From: an uncultured Gammaproteobacteria bacterium
Lineage (GTDB): Bacteria > Patescibacteriota > Patescibacteriia > UBA9934 > CAMTUG01
DNA length: 64,000 nt
Direction of reading: 5' to 3'
Assembly (NCBI GenBank): GCA_964588955.1
Contig: CAZPQJ010000001.1
Location: 93,572-157,571 of the forward strand
The notes beneath the pieces were generated by a model. The model was not told where the DNA came from, searched no databases, and saw only the letters and a list, made by a program, of their open reading frames with translations. The stretch's first letter is position 1, and every line of letters begins with the position of its first letter. Shown here one piece after another: positions 49,651 to 59,101 of the stretch. Made by a program: the position numbers and the translations under genes.

Positions 49651-50804
49651 AGCTGTTTACTGTACGTTACGGCATCGCTGACCGCTTGGGTAATCACTGC
49701 CTCGGATCCATGGACAGATCCGAGTAAATTTTCATTGGTAAGGAATGTGCGCATGCGTTCTAATCCGCGCGCTTCATTGGGTCCGCCACGACGCACAAAG
49801 ACGCGTACCTCAGCGGATCGCAGCGCGTCGGCTTTTTCACTCAGCGCGTCGATGAGTCCGTCAAAGGTCGTCGCCACGTCGGTGAAGTTCGCCACCCCGC
49901 CGGCGATGATCAACGCTTTTTTAGGCGCTGTCGAAGCCAACAAAAGACCAATGACTTCCCGTGCGTACAAATGCGTTTCTTCGCGACTCGGTCCGCCGCT
50001 GTATTCTCCGTAGTTGCCAATTTGGTCGCTCATCCCTTGCGCGGCGGCTTCATCGGCAATGACAATGCTTCCGCCCCCTCCAGAGAGGAGGAAGAACAGG
50101 GAACCATTGGGGTTCATGACGGTGAGTTTGAGGGAGGCTGGGGTTGATTGTTGTAAGGCGCGCACGTGTTCCTCTGCCGCCGTGTTTGTCTGCGAGGCGA
50201 TGAGATCAGCTTCTGTCCATGCGCCATGCACAAAGAACGCCCCCGCGTTGTCGACCAGAACGGCAGCGTCGAGAAGGTGAGCAATGTCGTTTTTGATTAC
50301 CAGCGGATTGATTTCCAAAAAGGAAAAAAAGTTTGTGTTGAAGGCTTGCAACAAATGCGTCAGCAGGTCGATGGGGAGACCTGTTGTTTGCGCAATGGAA
50401 GCGAGGTCCGCGTCTTCGCGTACGACAAAGGATTGCATCGCTTCCGGATGCGCTTCCACGTCGACGCCGCCGTCTATGGCAAACAAGAGGCGAATTCCGT
50501 CACGTACGCGTTCGAGCGAAAGATAACGTTCGTCCGCCGACGAGTGTTCGACAAATGGTTCAGCCAGAAAGTTTGTGAATCCGCGCTCCGTCCATTCGCC
50601 CATTTTAGTAACAAAGCTGTCGGGGGCAATATCAACCGCTACCAGTCCTTGCTTGAAACGCTTTTTGATTCCTTGATCGACTTTCAACACCCAGCGTCCA
50701 CTTGTCGGCAGATCCGTCGAATCAAGCGTCAAAGCAATCCCTTTGTAAGTGTCGCCGAGGAGGAGTTGTTTAGCTTTATGTTCTGTGATGCGTACGCGTG
50801 GCAT
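49647..50804 (-). CDS. aclB: ATP-citrate lyase beta subunit (ATP-grasp + citrate binding)
   Basis: KVDQGIKKRFKQGLV, FLEINPL, ASLKLTVMNPNG, GGGGS, NYGEYSGGP, GGVANFTDVATTF, VRRGGPN. Confidence 0.92.
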   Translation of the reverse strand: MPRVRITEHKAKQLLLGDTYKGIALTLDSTDLPTSGRWVLKVDQGIKKRFKQGLVAVDIAPDSFVTKMGEWTERGFTNFLAEPFVEHSSADERYLSLERVRDGIRLLFAIDGGVDVEAHPEAMQSFVVREDADLASIAQTTGLPIDLLTHLLQAFNTNFFSFLEINPLVIKNDIAHLLDAAVLVDNAGAFFVHGAWTEADLIASQTNTAAEEHVRALQQSTPASLKLTVMNPNGSLFFLLSGGGGSIVIADEAAAQGMSDQIGNYGEYSGGPSREETHLYAREVIGLLLASTAPKKALIIAGGVANFTDVATTFDGLIDALSEKADALRSAEVRVFVRRGGPNEARGLERMRTFLTNENLLGSVHGSEAVITQAVSDAVTYSKQL

Positions 50805-50805
50805 A

Positions 50806-51384
50806 TTAGGTGCGCGTCATGACCAGACGTCCTTCTGTCTCTCCAACCTCGATGAACCCGAGTTTTTTGTACAATCCGATCGCGCCGGCGTTTTCTAGAT
50901 CCGTATCCAACCAAATCGGTACGTTGGGAAAAAGTTGTTGATGGATCTCGAATACTACTTGCGAAAAAGGAAACGCCAAACGCTTGCCACGATACGGCGG
51001 ATAGGTGCGAATAGCAAAGGTCTGCCAGTTTCCCCCGTCACTAAGTGACGGGGTCAAGGCCGGGGGGGCTTTTGGTCCGAACCAAATCAGAGCGGCGAGC
51101 TCGCCCGCGGTGTTTACGAGTCCATAGGGATAGCGCTCCTTGCTATACCACGCCTCATAGCCGTTTTCGCAAATGCGTTTGTAGTCGCTAGTAAAGCGGT
51201 GCAGTTCCGCATCATCTAGATTGCAGGAGTGCTGTTTGAATGAATCGACTGCTTTGGCATCAAGGCCGAGCGTGAGGGTGAGATGTTCGCCATCGTCGGT
51301 CACAACATCGGCAATCGCCACGCTGGTGTTGATCGGCAAGGGGAGCGTCAAATGCGTCGAGAAGTCTTTTTGTGTAATCGTCAT
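50806..51384 (-). CDS. GNAT family N-acetyltransferase
   Basis: PYRGKRLA (motif A) and NAGAIGLYKKLGF (motif B). Confidence 0.85.
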   Translation of the reverse strand: MTITQKDFSTHLTLPLPINTSVAIADVVTDDGEHLTLTLGLDAKAVDSFKQHSCNLDDAELHRFTSDYKRICENGYEAWYSKERYPYGLVNTAGELAALIWFGPKAPPALTPSLSDGGNWQTFAIRTYPPYRGKRLAFPFSQVVFEIHQQLFPNVPIWLDTDLENAGAIGLYKKLGFIEVGETEGRLVMTRT

Positions 51385-52364
51385 AGCGTTTCAATGAGAT
51401 CAAACAAAACCGGACCCAGCAGTTTGGGATCGTGGCCAATCGCTTTGCGGACGATCGGATCGCCTGGTACGCTTTGAATTGCAGATTGCAGCATAAGATT
51501 CGCTCCCACCAATTGTTGTTTTTGCTCGTCTGTTGGTTCACCCAGAGTCGTTGGTGCGCTGCCCGCTTCGATACGCGTTAGCATGTCGTTTGGAAGTGGC
51601 TGATTGTGATAGACAATGCGATCAATTGGTCGTGGAAGGTAGCTTTGTAGTTCCTCCACCATCTCAAGAATCGTTTGACCGTCACTTTGGCCAGGCGTTG
51701 TCGTGAGATTGGCGTTGATAATAATTTTTGCTTTAGACGCCGCAATCGTTTCTCGCACCCCCTCGACAATGAGCACGGGAATGAGCGAGGTAGAGAAACT
51801 GCCGGGGCCAAGAATCAGAACGTCCGCTTCCGCGATCGTCTGTTTCGCTTGTTCGCTGATGGTCACGGCTGGCGAAAGAAAATAGCTCCGCGGTCGTTCA
51901 AGATGGGTGCAGTCGTCAATGACGTGCTCGCCGAGCAGTTCTGTCTGCGTGGTTCCGTGACGTACGCCAAGCGTTGTTCGGTCGAGCGTCACAGGAACAA
52001 CCTTGCCATGCACCTGCAACAGTTGATGAAGCGTCTTGAGTCCTTGCTCAAAACTCCCCAAAGATTTTTCCGCCGCTGACAAGACAAGATTGCCAACCGT
52101 GTGTCCTTTCAACTCGCCGTCGGCAAAACGATAACCAAAGAGCGTACGAACGTCTGGGTCCGCTTTAGACAATGCCAGCAAGCACAAGCGAATGTCGCCT
52201 GGGGCGGTGGCGACGCCGAGTTGAGTGAGTAGTCGTCCACTCGATCCACCGTCATCCATGGTCGAAATAACCGCAGACAGGTCAACGGGAAAATCGACCA
52301 GGCTCTTGAGTACCATGCTCATTCCCGTACCCCCACCCATCACCACAACGTTTTTCTTATCCAT
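51381..52364 (-). CDS. yvcK: YvcK/GlmR family (CofD-like) UDP-GlcNAc-binding protein
   Basis: VVMGGGTG, DDGGSSG, PGDIRLCL, GHTVGNL, ADVLILGPGSFSTSLIP, HDPKLL. Confidence 0.92.
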   Translation of the reverse strand: MDKKNVVVMGGGTGMSMVLKSLVDFPVDLSAVISTMDDGGSSGRLLTQLGVATAPGDIRLCLLALSKADPDVRTLFGYRFADGELKGHTVGNLVLSAAEKSLGSFEQGLKTLHQLLQVHGKVVPVTLDRTTLGVRHGTTQTELLGEHVIDDCTHLERPRSYFLSPAVTISEQAKQTIAEADVLILGPGSFSTSLIPVLIVEGVRETIAASKAKIIINANLTTTPGQSDGQTILEMVEELQSYLPRPIDRIVYHNQPLPNDMLTRIEAGSAPTTLGEPTDEQKQQLVGANLMLQSAIQSVPGDPIVRKAIGHDPKLLGPVLFDLIETL

Positions 52365-52368
52365 AAAT

Positions 52369-54207
52369 CTATTCAACGGTCACGCTCTTGGCTAAGTTGC
52401 GCGGTTTGTCTGGATCGAGGCCTTTGTGGGTCGCTACGTAATAGGCGAACAAGTGAAGAGGAGCGGTAGCGAGAATGGGGGTGAGCATCTCCAGGGTTTT
52501 GGGGATAGTAATGACATCGTCCGCAATGCGGCGGATTTCTTCCGCGTTGCCTTCTGTGGTAATGGCGATAACCTTGCCGCCACGGGCGCGAATTTCTTCC
52601 ATGTTCGAGCATGTTTTTTCGTATACCGAATCTTTCGGGGCGAGCACGACACTGGGAAAGTCTGTGTCGATAAGGGCGATCGGGCCGTGCTTCATTTCTC
52701 CCGCGGCATAGCCTTCGGCGTGAATGTAACTAATTTCTTTTAACTTCAAGGCGCCTTCGTCGGCAATCGGGGTGCAATACTTTCGGCCCAAGAAGAAGAA
52801 ATCTTGATAACCCGCCCAGCGTTCAGCAATGGCTTTGATCTCTTCGCGTTTGTCGAGGACAGATTGTAAAAGTTTCGGAAGCTCCGTGAGTTCTTTGGCG
52901 ATGCGCTGACCGGTAACCATCGACATTTTGCGCTGACGGCCAAGGAAGATGGTCAGCATGGCAAGTGCGGTCATTTGCGACAAGAAGGCTTTGGTCGAAG
53001 CCACGCCAATCTCCGGACCGGCGTGATTGTACACACCCGCATCCGTTTCGCGGGCAATGGTGGAGCCGACGGTGTTCACAATACCAAGCGTTAACACGCC
53101 TTTCATCTTGGCTTCGCGAATGGCCGCCAAGGTGTCCGCGGTTTCACCGGATTGGGAAATTGCTAGCACCGCGGTGGTTGGTGTTAATACCGGTTGGCGG
53201 TAGCGGAACTCACTCGCCATCTCCACCTCTACCGGAATGCCGGCGTATTCTTCCAGCATGTATTTGCCGACCGTCCCAGCCAAACGCGCGCTGCCGCAAG
53301 CCACAATAATCAAGCGATCGATCGAACGGAGTTTGTCGGCCACGTCGCGTAAGCCACCGAGCGTTGCCGTGCCTTCCTCTGTGTTCAATCGTCCACGCAT
53401 GGTGTTTACAAGCACGTCTGGCCCCTCGAGCATCTCTTTCATCATGAAATGTTCCTGACCATTTTTTTGCACGTCTTCCACCGACCAATCAATTTGTTCA
53501 ATGCACTTCACGACCGGCGTGTTGTCGAGACGGGTGATTTCGTAGCCGTTGCGATTTAACACGCACAGTTCACCATCATCCAAATACACCACTTGTCGGG
53601 AGTGCGACAAAATCGCGCTAGGGTCTGAAGCCACAAACCACTCGTCTTGCCCCACCCCAATCACCAGGGGGCTTCCCATGCGCGCCACGAGCAACTGATC
53701 CGGTTCATCGCTGCTCACCACTGCCAAGCCATAGGCGCCGCGCACCTGTCCAAGCGCGGACAGCACGGCATCTTTCAACGTGCTCCCAGGGTGGTGGGAG
53801 CGTTCTTCTTCAATAAGGTGTGCCAGTACCTCGGTGTCTGTTTGCGAACAAAAGGTGTGTCCCTTTGTTTTGAGGGCGTCCCGCAGCTCGGCGTAGTTTT
53901 CAATAATGCCGTTATGCACAATGGCCAGGCGCTCGCTGCAATCCGTGTGGGGGTGCGCATTGACCTCGCTTGGCACTCCGTGCGTCGCCCAGCGCGTGTG
54001 AGCAATGCCGAGCGTGCCACGGCCATCAAAATCTTTAAGCGAGGCGTCCAAGACGGCAATTTTGCCAAGTGTTTTGTGTACGTGTAAGTCTCCGTTCACC
54101 ACTGCCACGCCCGCCGAATCGTAGCCGCGGTATTCGAGCCGTCGCAGGCCGTCCATGAGAATAGGCAGAGCCTCACGTTTTCCAATGTATCCAACAATGC
54201 CGCACAT
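52369..54207 (-). CDS. glmS: Glutamine--fructose-6-phosphate aminotransferase
   Basis: MCGIVG, LEYRGYDSAG, HTRWATHG, SQSGETADT, PRNLAKSVTVE. Confidence 0.98.
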   Translation of the reverse strand: MCGIVGYIGKREALPILMDGLRRLEYRGYDSAGVAVVNGDLHVHKTLGKIAVLDASLKDFDGRGTLGIAHTRWATHGVPSEVNAHPHTDCSERLAIVHNGIIENYAELRDALKTKGHTFCSQTDTEVLAHLIEEERSHHPGSTLKDAVLSALGQVRGAYGLAVVSSDEPDQLLVARMGSPLVIGVGQDEWFVASDPSAILSHSRQVVYLDDGELCVLNRNGYEITRLDNTPVVKCIEQIDWSVEDVQKNGQEHFMMKEMLEGPDVLVNTMRGRLNTEEGTATLGGLRDVADKLRSIDRLIIVACGSARLAGTVGKYMLEEYAGIPVEVEMASEFRYRQPVLTPTTAVLAISQSGETADTLAAIREAKMKGVLTLGIVNTVGSTIARETDAGVYNHAGPEIGVASTKAFLSQMTALAMLTIFLGRQRKMSMVTGQRIAKELTELPKLLQSVLDKREEIKAIAERWAGYQDFFFLGRKYCTPIADEGALKLKEISYIHAEGYAAGEMKHGPIALIDTDFPSVVLAPKDSVYEKTCSNMEEIRARGGKVIAITTEGNAEEIRRIADDVITIPKTLEMLTPILATAPLHLFAYYVATHKGLDPDKPRNLAKSVTVE

Positions 54208-54233
54208 ATGAAGAAGTGGTTAGTGGCTAGTGA

Positions 54234-54821
54234 TTAGAGAGTAGAGTGCTTTCGGACGAAAGTGTTGATGGCCTCGAGATGGTCGCGCAGGGGAGAGCCA
54301 GGTTCGTGTTTGATGCACAGCGCTTGGGGAAACGCCGCTTGCATGGCGTCGATTTCTGATTGCTTGTCGTCGATGAAGATGAAGGGCTCGGTGATGTTCC
54401 AGGAGTTGAGCAGATCAACTTTTGGTTGACGGGTAACATGGACTTCATCGAACAGGGGAGCCAAACCAGAAGCGGCTATTTTTGGATGTTGCCACAATTC
54501 CGGTTCCACATCGAAACTCAGCAGATGACAACGGTGTCCGTCGGTTTTAAGGTGTTCGACAAACTCGGCCGCGTCGGCAAACACATATTCACGGGCACGA
54601 TGAGCAAACGAAAAAAAGAGATCGCGTAGTCGTGCGCCGTCGATGCCGCGTTCTAATAAATAATCAGTGAATCCCGAAATAGTGAACGGATGCTTCTCAC
54701 GAAAATCGCGATAATGTTTCTGTAAAGCATCAACAGACAGATCACCAAAAGCGGCGTAAATGTCGTTGGTCATGCGCGTGCGATGCATGAGTGTGTCGTC
54801 GAAGTCTAGAAAAATTTTCAT
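54234..54821 (-). CDS. HAD superfamily hydrolase
   Basis: IFLDFDDTL (motif I) and FIDDK (motif IV). Confidence 0.85.
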   Translation of the reverse strand: MKIFLDFDDTLMHRTRMTNDIYAAFGDLSVDALQKHYRDFREKHPFTISGFTDYLLERGIDGARLRDLFFSFAHRAREYVFADAAEFVEHLKTDGHRCHLLSFDVEPELWQHPKIAASGLAPLFDEVHVTRQPKVDLLNSWNITEPFIFIDDKQSEIDAMQAAFPQALCIKHEPGSPLRDHLEAINTFVRKHSTL

Positions 54822-54824
54822 ACC

Positions 54825-55574
54825 TTAGACTAACGTTTTCCACAATTCATCAAACAACAACTTTTGCGTGGCGTAGATACCAGGGTTTTCAATGATCACG
54901 CCGACGAGGGATCCACTCACACCAAGAGAGATGAAGGCGCACTTGCCGTGGTAGAGCAAAATGTAGGTTGGAGTGCCTTCGGTTGCTTTGATCCATTTGC
55001 GCTGCGACAACTCGGCGTGATCGCCGCCGGGGCCGAGCGAGATCGTTTTAACGTTAATGCCACGTTTGATCCGTTCGTCCGTATAGTCGGGAAAGAGATC
55101 ATACAATCCCGCCTCGCGCACGGAAGCCGATGAGTAGACACAGTACTCTTTTTGTTCGCTCTTTTCTACCGAATCTAAAACATCTAGCAGAATCGTGCGC
55201 ACGCCTTGTGAACCCTCGTAGTAACGGCTGACCGGTTTGTCGCCACCGCGATCATGTAGGGAACGCAGCTCGGGGATCATTTCATCTAAACTCGCCTTGG
55301 ATCGTTCTAGTTCAGACTGTTTGGCAACCACCAACTCCTGTAGCCGTGCCGGATCTTCCGCCACAAAGCATTGTTTGCTTTCTTCGTTAAAGAAACTCAC
55401 GAGCCCGTGCTCTTTGAGAGCTTTAAGGCAATCATAAGCCGTTCCGCGGTTAATTCCAGAGATTCCCGCTAATTTTCGCACAGAACTAGGTCCGTGGGAA
55501 AGAAGGGTAAGGTAAATCAAGGCTTCTTTTTCAGAAAGTCCAAGTTTGAGCAACTCTGTTTCAAAAGATGACAT
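54825..55574 (-). CDS. TrmB family transcriptional regulator
   Basis: LGLSEKEALIYLTLL..GINRGTAYDCL..L...GLV, then YYEG..GV effector domain. Confidence 0.9.
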   Translation of the reverse strand: MSSFETELLKLGLSEKEALIYLTLLSHGPSSVRKLAGISGINRGTAYDCLKALKEHGLVSFFNEESKQCFVAEDPARLQELVVAKQSELERSKASLDEMIPELRSLHDRGGDKPVSRYYEGSQGVRTILLDVLDSVEKSEQKEYCVYSSASVREAGLYDLFPDYTDERIKRGINVKTISLGPGGDHAELSQRKWIKATEGTPTYILLYHGKCAFISLGVSGSLVGVIIENPGIYATQKLLFDELWKTLV

Positions 55575-55589
55575 AGATCAACGGTTTTT

Positions 55590-55618
55590 ATGATACTTTT
55601 TGCTATTAAGACTGTCAA
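55590..55618 (-). promoter_or_regulatory. Sigma70 promoter of the trmB-glmS-acl operon
   Basis: TTGACA-17bp-TATCAT, 15 nt before the trmB ATG. Confidence 0.75.
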
Positions 55619-55685
55619 ACTTTTTCCTACAGTGTGCCTGTGGATAGGTTGTCTTTGCTGCGTATCGTGGTATAATCGCACAACT

Positions 55686-56540
55686 ATGGATTTGCTACGT
55701 GAAGCCGCTCCAGGGTGGAAAGACTACGCATTATTGGATTCTGGCGAGTTTGAAAAACTTGAGCGTTTTGGCGATGTTATTTTTGTGCGTCCCGAGCCAC
55801 AGGCTATTTGGGCGAAATCGAACGAAGCGGATTGGGATGCGGCGCATGCGGTGTATCGTCGAAATGGCCAAGATGGTGAGTGGGACTTTTTGAAAGATGT
55901 ACCAGAGAGCTGGGAGATGCGTTGGAACGATTTGGCTTTTCATATTCAACCAACCTCGTTTAAGCACACGGGATTATTTCCGGAGCAAGCGGGGAACTGG
56001 GAGTACATTCGCGCCACGGTCAAACCGGGCATGAAGGTGTTAAATTTGTTTGGTTATACGGGTGGAGCAACATTGGCGGCGCTTTCGGTGGGTGGTGAAG
56101 TTGTTCACGTTGATGCGTCGAAACCCGTAGTGACTTGGGCGCGAGAAAATACCGAGCTTTCCGGCTTGGCCGACAAGCCGGTGCGTTGGATTGTAGACGA
56201 CGTAATGAAATTTGTGGCACGTGAAGTCAAACGGGGAAATCACTACGACATGATCGTGATGGATCCGCCGGCCTTTGGTCATGGACCCGATGGGGAGATG
56301 TGGCAGTTTGAAGACGACTTGCCGCATTTGTTGCATCTGTGCGCGGCGATTCTGAATTCCGGAGCGCATCTGATTGTCAACGCCTACTCGCTGGGATTCC
56401 CTGCGCTTTCCATAGAAAATCTTGTCCTCTCCGCATTCCCGCAAGCCAAGATTCATGGCGTTGTCGAACTCACCCTACAAGAAACAACCCCGCGGGCGTT
56501 TGCTCTTCCGACGGGAATCGTGGTAAGAGCACAGCTATGA
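55686..56540 (+). CDS. Class I SAM-dependent methyltransferase (RlmI/K-related)
   Basis: YALLDSG..EKLERFG, FKHTGLFPEQ, VLNLFGYTGG, DPPAFG. Confidence 0.88.
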   Translation: MDLLREAAPGWKDYALLDSGEFEKLERFGDVIFVRPEPQAIWAKSNEADWDAAHAVYRRNGQDGEWDFLKDVPESWEMRWNDLAFHIQPTSFKHTGLFPEQAGNWEYIRATVKPGMKVLNLFGYTGGATLAALSVGGEVVHVDASKPVVTWARENTELSGLADKPVRWIVDDVMKFVAREVKRGNHYDMIVMDPPAFGHGPDGEMWQFEDDLPHLLHLCAAILNSGAHLIVNAYSLGFPALSIENLVLSAFPQAKIHGVVELTLQETTPRAFALPTGIVVRAQL

Positions 56541-57190
56541 AGATTCTTTACGAAGACAATCACGTTATCGCTGTGTGCAAACCGCATCGCCAACCAACCG
56601 AAGGGGACGACAGTGGCGATCTTTCGTTGCTCGACGAAGTCAAAACGTTCATTAAGCGCCGCGATGATAAGCCGGGGAATGTCTTTTTGGGCATGGTGCA
56701 TCGCCTCGATCGCCCGGTCGGCGGCGTGGTCATTTTTGCTAAAACAAGTAAAGCGGCTTCGCGTCTTTCGGAGCAAATCCGCAACCGTACGGTAGACAAA
56801 GTCTATTGGGCAGTGGTGGAAGGGGAGCCGGGAAAGGCCTCAGGAGTCGTTACACAGTGGCTCACCAAAGATCGCGATGAAAATCTTGTCACGGCGCATC
56901 CAACCGAAGTGGCTGGCTCGCAAAAAGCAGAAACGTCTTGGAAGGTACTGGGAACTGGCGCCTACACCTTGCTCGAAGTGCATCCCAAAACCGGTCGTCC
57001 ACATCAAATTCGCTTGGCTATGGCATCATTGCGTTGCCCGATTGTTGGCGACACCAAATACGGTTCCGCCGAGGGGCTGAACGGCGCCATCGCCCTGTTC
57101 GCCCGTTCATTTACCTTTGATCATCCAACAACGAAAGAGCGTATAACCGTAACGGCAGAACCGGAGCTGTCGATTTTTAAGGATGTATGA
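56537..57190 (+). CDS. RluA family RNA pseudouridine synthase
   Basis: ILYEDNH, VHRLDRPVGG, TGRPHQIR, PIVGDTKYG; start ATG 56537. Confidence 0.93.
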   Translation: MKILYEDNHVIAVCKPHRQPTEGDDSGDLSLLDEVKTFIKRRDDKPGNVFLGMVHRLDRPVGGVVIFAKTSKAASRLSEQIRNRTVDKVYWAVVEGEPGKASGVVTQWLTKDRDENLVTAHPTEVAGSQKAETSWKVLGTGAYTLLEVHPKTGRPHQIRLAMASLRCPIVGDTKYGSAEGLNGAIALFARSFTFDHPTTKERITVTAEPELSIFKDV

Positions 57191-58371
57191 AATCCTGTCC
57201 TGAATGTTCGCCGACCCATCAGCTCGATCATCGTAAGGAATGGATGACCAACGTGCTCGATGACGTGTTTAACGGATTTTCTCGAACGCTCTCTTTTCCT
57301 CGTCTAGAAGCGTTGGTTCAGCGCCTGGCGATTGGCGGCATGCTCAAAGGATTTCGCGCGGTGGGTTTGATGCGACCGGTGGCGATCACGCCGGAGTCGC
57401 ACGTGCACCAGCGCACCAAAGTGGTCGCCGAAGAGGCGACGAAGCGTGGATGGAAGGTAGAGATGCTGTCCTTCATGCATCATCCGTCGAATATTTTTTT
57501 GCTCACCGAAAATGGACGTGAACATGTGTTTGAAGGTTTGCCGGGATTAGATCCAGCCAAAACCATTACCAAAGTAGACGATAAAGAGTGGACCAAACAT
57601 CTCTTGCGCCGCTTGAACGCGCCAACCCCCGACGGGGAGTGTTTTTCGCGGTTAACGCCAGCGCTCGCTTACGGAAAAAAACTTGGTTACCCCTGCGTGG
57701 TTAAGCCGCGCACCGGTTCGCTTTCGGCGCATACCACCGTTAATATTCAAAACGACGAGGAGCTTGAGCGGGCAATTGTTTGCGCCCAGCATGTGAGCCC
57801 GTCGTTTATTGTGGAGCGCTACATTCCGGGGAGTCTCTATCGGGTCACAACGGTTGGGGAGACGGTCGCAGCGATCGGTCGACGCGATCCGCCCACAATC
57901 GTCGGCGACGGAGTGAAAACCGTGGCGCAACTCATCGTCGAATGCGAAGCGGCACAGCGCGATTTGTTGATCGCTCTTGGTTACAAGCCAGAAGAAGTCC
58001 CGAGCTTGCCGAAAAATCACATGAAGCGCAATCCAGAAGACGTGCTCGCGCCAGGGGAGTCGCTGGCGGTTACCTGGAAGATCAATTTGTCTTACGGCGC
58101 GTCCGTTACCGACGTGACGGACGATTGTCATCCCGACAACCTCGAACTATTCGTCCGTGTCGCCCAAGCGGTCAAACTCCCGTCCGTAGGCATCGACTTT
58201 TTGGCGCCCAATATCGCCATCTCCTGGAAAGATCAGCCTTGCGGCATTATTGAACTCAATTCCTTGCCTTCCATCGATCTGCATCATCCGCCTATCATTA
58301 AAGGAACGTTTCGCAATGTTGCCAGCGCCTTGTTAGACTCCGTGTATGGGAGTACACTAAAGGAGTCCTAA
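57187..58371 (+). CDS. ATP-grasp protein, cyanophycin-synthetase N-domain-like
   Basis: DDKEWTK, YPCVVKP..GS, FIVERYIPG..YRV, IVGDGVKTV..L, NLSYGA..DVTD..HP.N, IIELNSLP. Confidence 0.82.
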   Translation: MKSCPECSPTHQLDHRKEWMTNVLDDVFNGFSRTLSFPRLEALVQRLAIGGMLKGFRAVGLMRPVAITPESHVHQRTKVVAEEATKRGWKVEMLSFMHHPSNIFLLTENGREHVFEGLPGLDPAKTITKVDDKEWTKHLLRRLNAPTPDGECFSRLTPALAYGKKLGYPCVVKPRTGSLSAHTTVNIQNDEELERAIVCAQHVSPSFIVERYIPGSLYRVTTVGETVAAIGRRDPPTIVGDGVKTVAQLIVECEAAQRDLLIALGYKPEEVPSLPKNHMKRNPEDVLAPGESLAVTWKINLSYGASVTDVTDDCHPDNLELFVRVAQAVKLPSVGIDFLAPNIAISWKDQPCGIIELNSLPSIDLHHPPIIKGTFRNVASALLDSVYGSTLKES

Positions 58372-58430
58372 TTCGTAATCTATGACTATGAAAAATGGAC
58401 ATCTTCGCATGGGTCACTAGTTGACTCGTC

Positions 58431-58467
58431 CGAAAACATCTCCGTACTCGGAGGTGTTTTCGTTTTA
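58431..58467 (+). terminator. Rho-independent terminator
   Basis: CGAAAACATCTCCG-TACT-CGGAGGTGTTTTCG followed by TTTT. Confidence 0.8.
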
Positions 58468-58523
58468 TGGCGTTGACAGGTAAACCCAAAAGGGGTGTAA
58501 TCTTGCCCAGCCAAGGAGTCCCC

Positions 58524-58904
58524 ATGCTGTTTGCTCGGCTTATTGTCGGTGTCGCTCTGGCCTTCATCGCCTGGTGGCTGTACGACCTATGGCGCAATGC
58601 CAAGTATCAGAAGATCAAGGCCGAAGTCGCCATCGCGTTCGACGACGTCCATCGTGAGGAGCGTTGCCCGGTTCACGCCCGGCAAGTCTACAAGCGGGTC
58701 GTCGCCTTGCGTCTGCGTCCGTGTGTTGTGGGGAATCTCCCTTCCATCACTGAGAGCGTGGTCGCTTACGCGCTCCAGCGCTTCGAGGAGGAAAAGATCG
58801 CCCGGGCACTTCCGACGGGTCCCCAAGGTCGGCTCTTCTACGAACCGACCGAGAACTTCATGCACGTCGTCCGGTATCTCGCCGCGGCTGCCGCGCGTTC
58901 CTAG
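58524..58904 (+). CDS. Hypothetical membrane-anchored protein
   Basis: AAGGAG SD before the ATG, N-terminal TM, TTGACA upstream and a hairpin downstream. Confidence 0.65.
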   Translation: MLFARLIVGVALAFIAWWLYDLWRNAKYQKIKAEVAIAFDDVHREERCPVHARQVYKRVVALRLRPCVVGNLPSITESVVAYALQRFEEEKIARALPTGPQGRLFYEPTENFMHVVRYLAAAAARS

Positions 58905-59023
58905 CCTTCGCTATCTCTACCCCATTCCCAACCGTCTCCTTCACCCGGCTCGAGCCTCGCTCGCCGGGTTTCGTCGTCTATGGTTCTAGAAAGTAAAAAG
59001 TCTAAAGTTCGTTTAACACAAAA

Positions 59024-59041
59024 CTCCGACCGAAGTCGGAG
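59024..59041 (-). terminator. UUCG-type hairpin next to a degenerate tRNA-end copy
   Basis: Minus strand CTCCGAC-TTCG-GTCGGAG followed by TTTT. Confidence 0.65.
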
Positions 59042-59101
59042 CTTAGTGGCGGGACGGGTAGGAATGTCATGGCTCGTGTTAATAATCCCTCTGTGACCAT
59101 C

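Noticed and set aside
47905-50804. Reverse-TCA carbon fixation, or a sucCD call
   Set aside because: No other rTCA genes are in the window. The citryl-CoA lyase domain and NYGEYSG/ANFTDV motifs identify ACL rather than succinyl-CoA synthetase.
54208-54233. glmS ribozyme upstream of glmS
   Set aside because: Only 26 nt separate glmS from the upstream HAD gene, and no ribozyme core is visible.
57187-58371. True cyanophycin synthetase cphA
   Set aside because: Less than half the expected length, no Mur-ligase domain and no cphB nearby.
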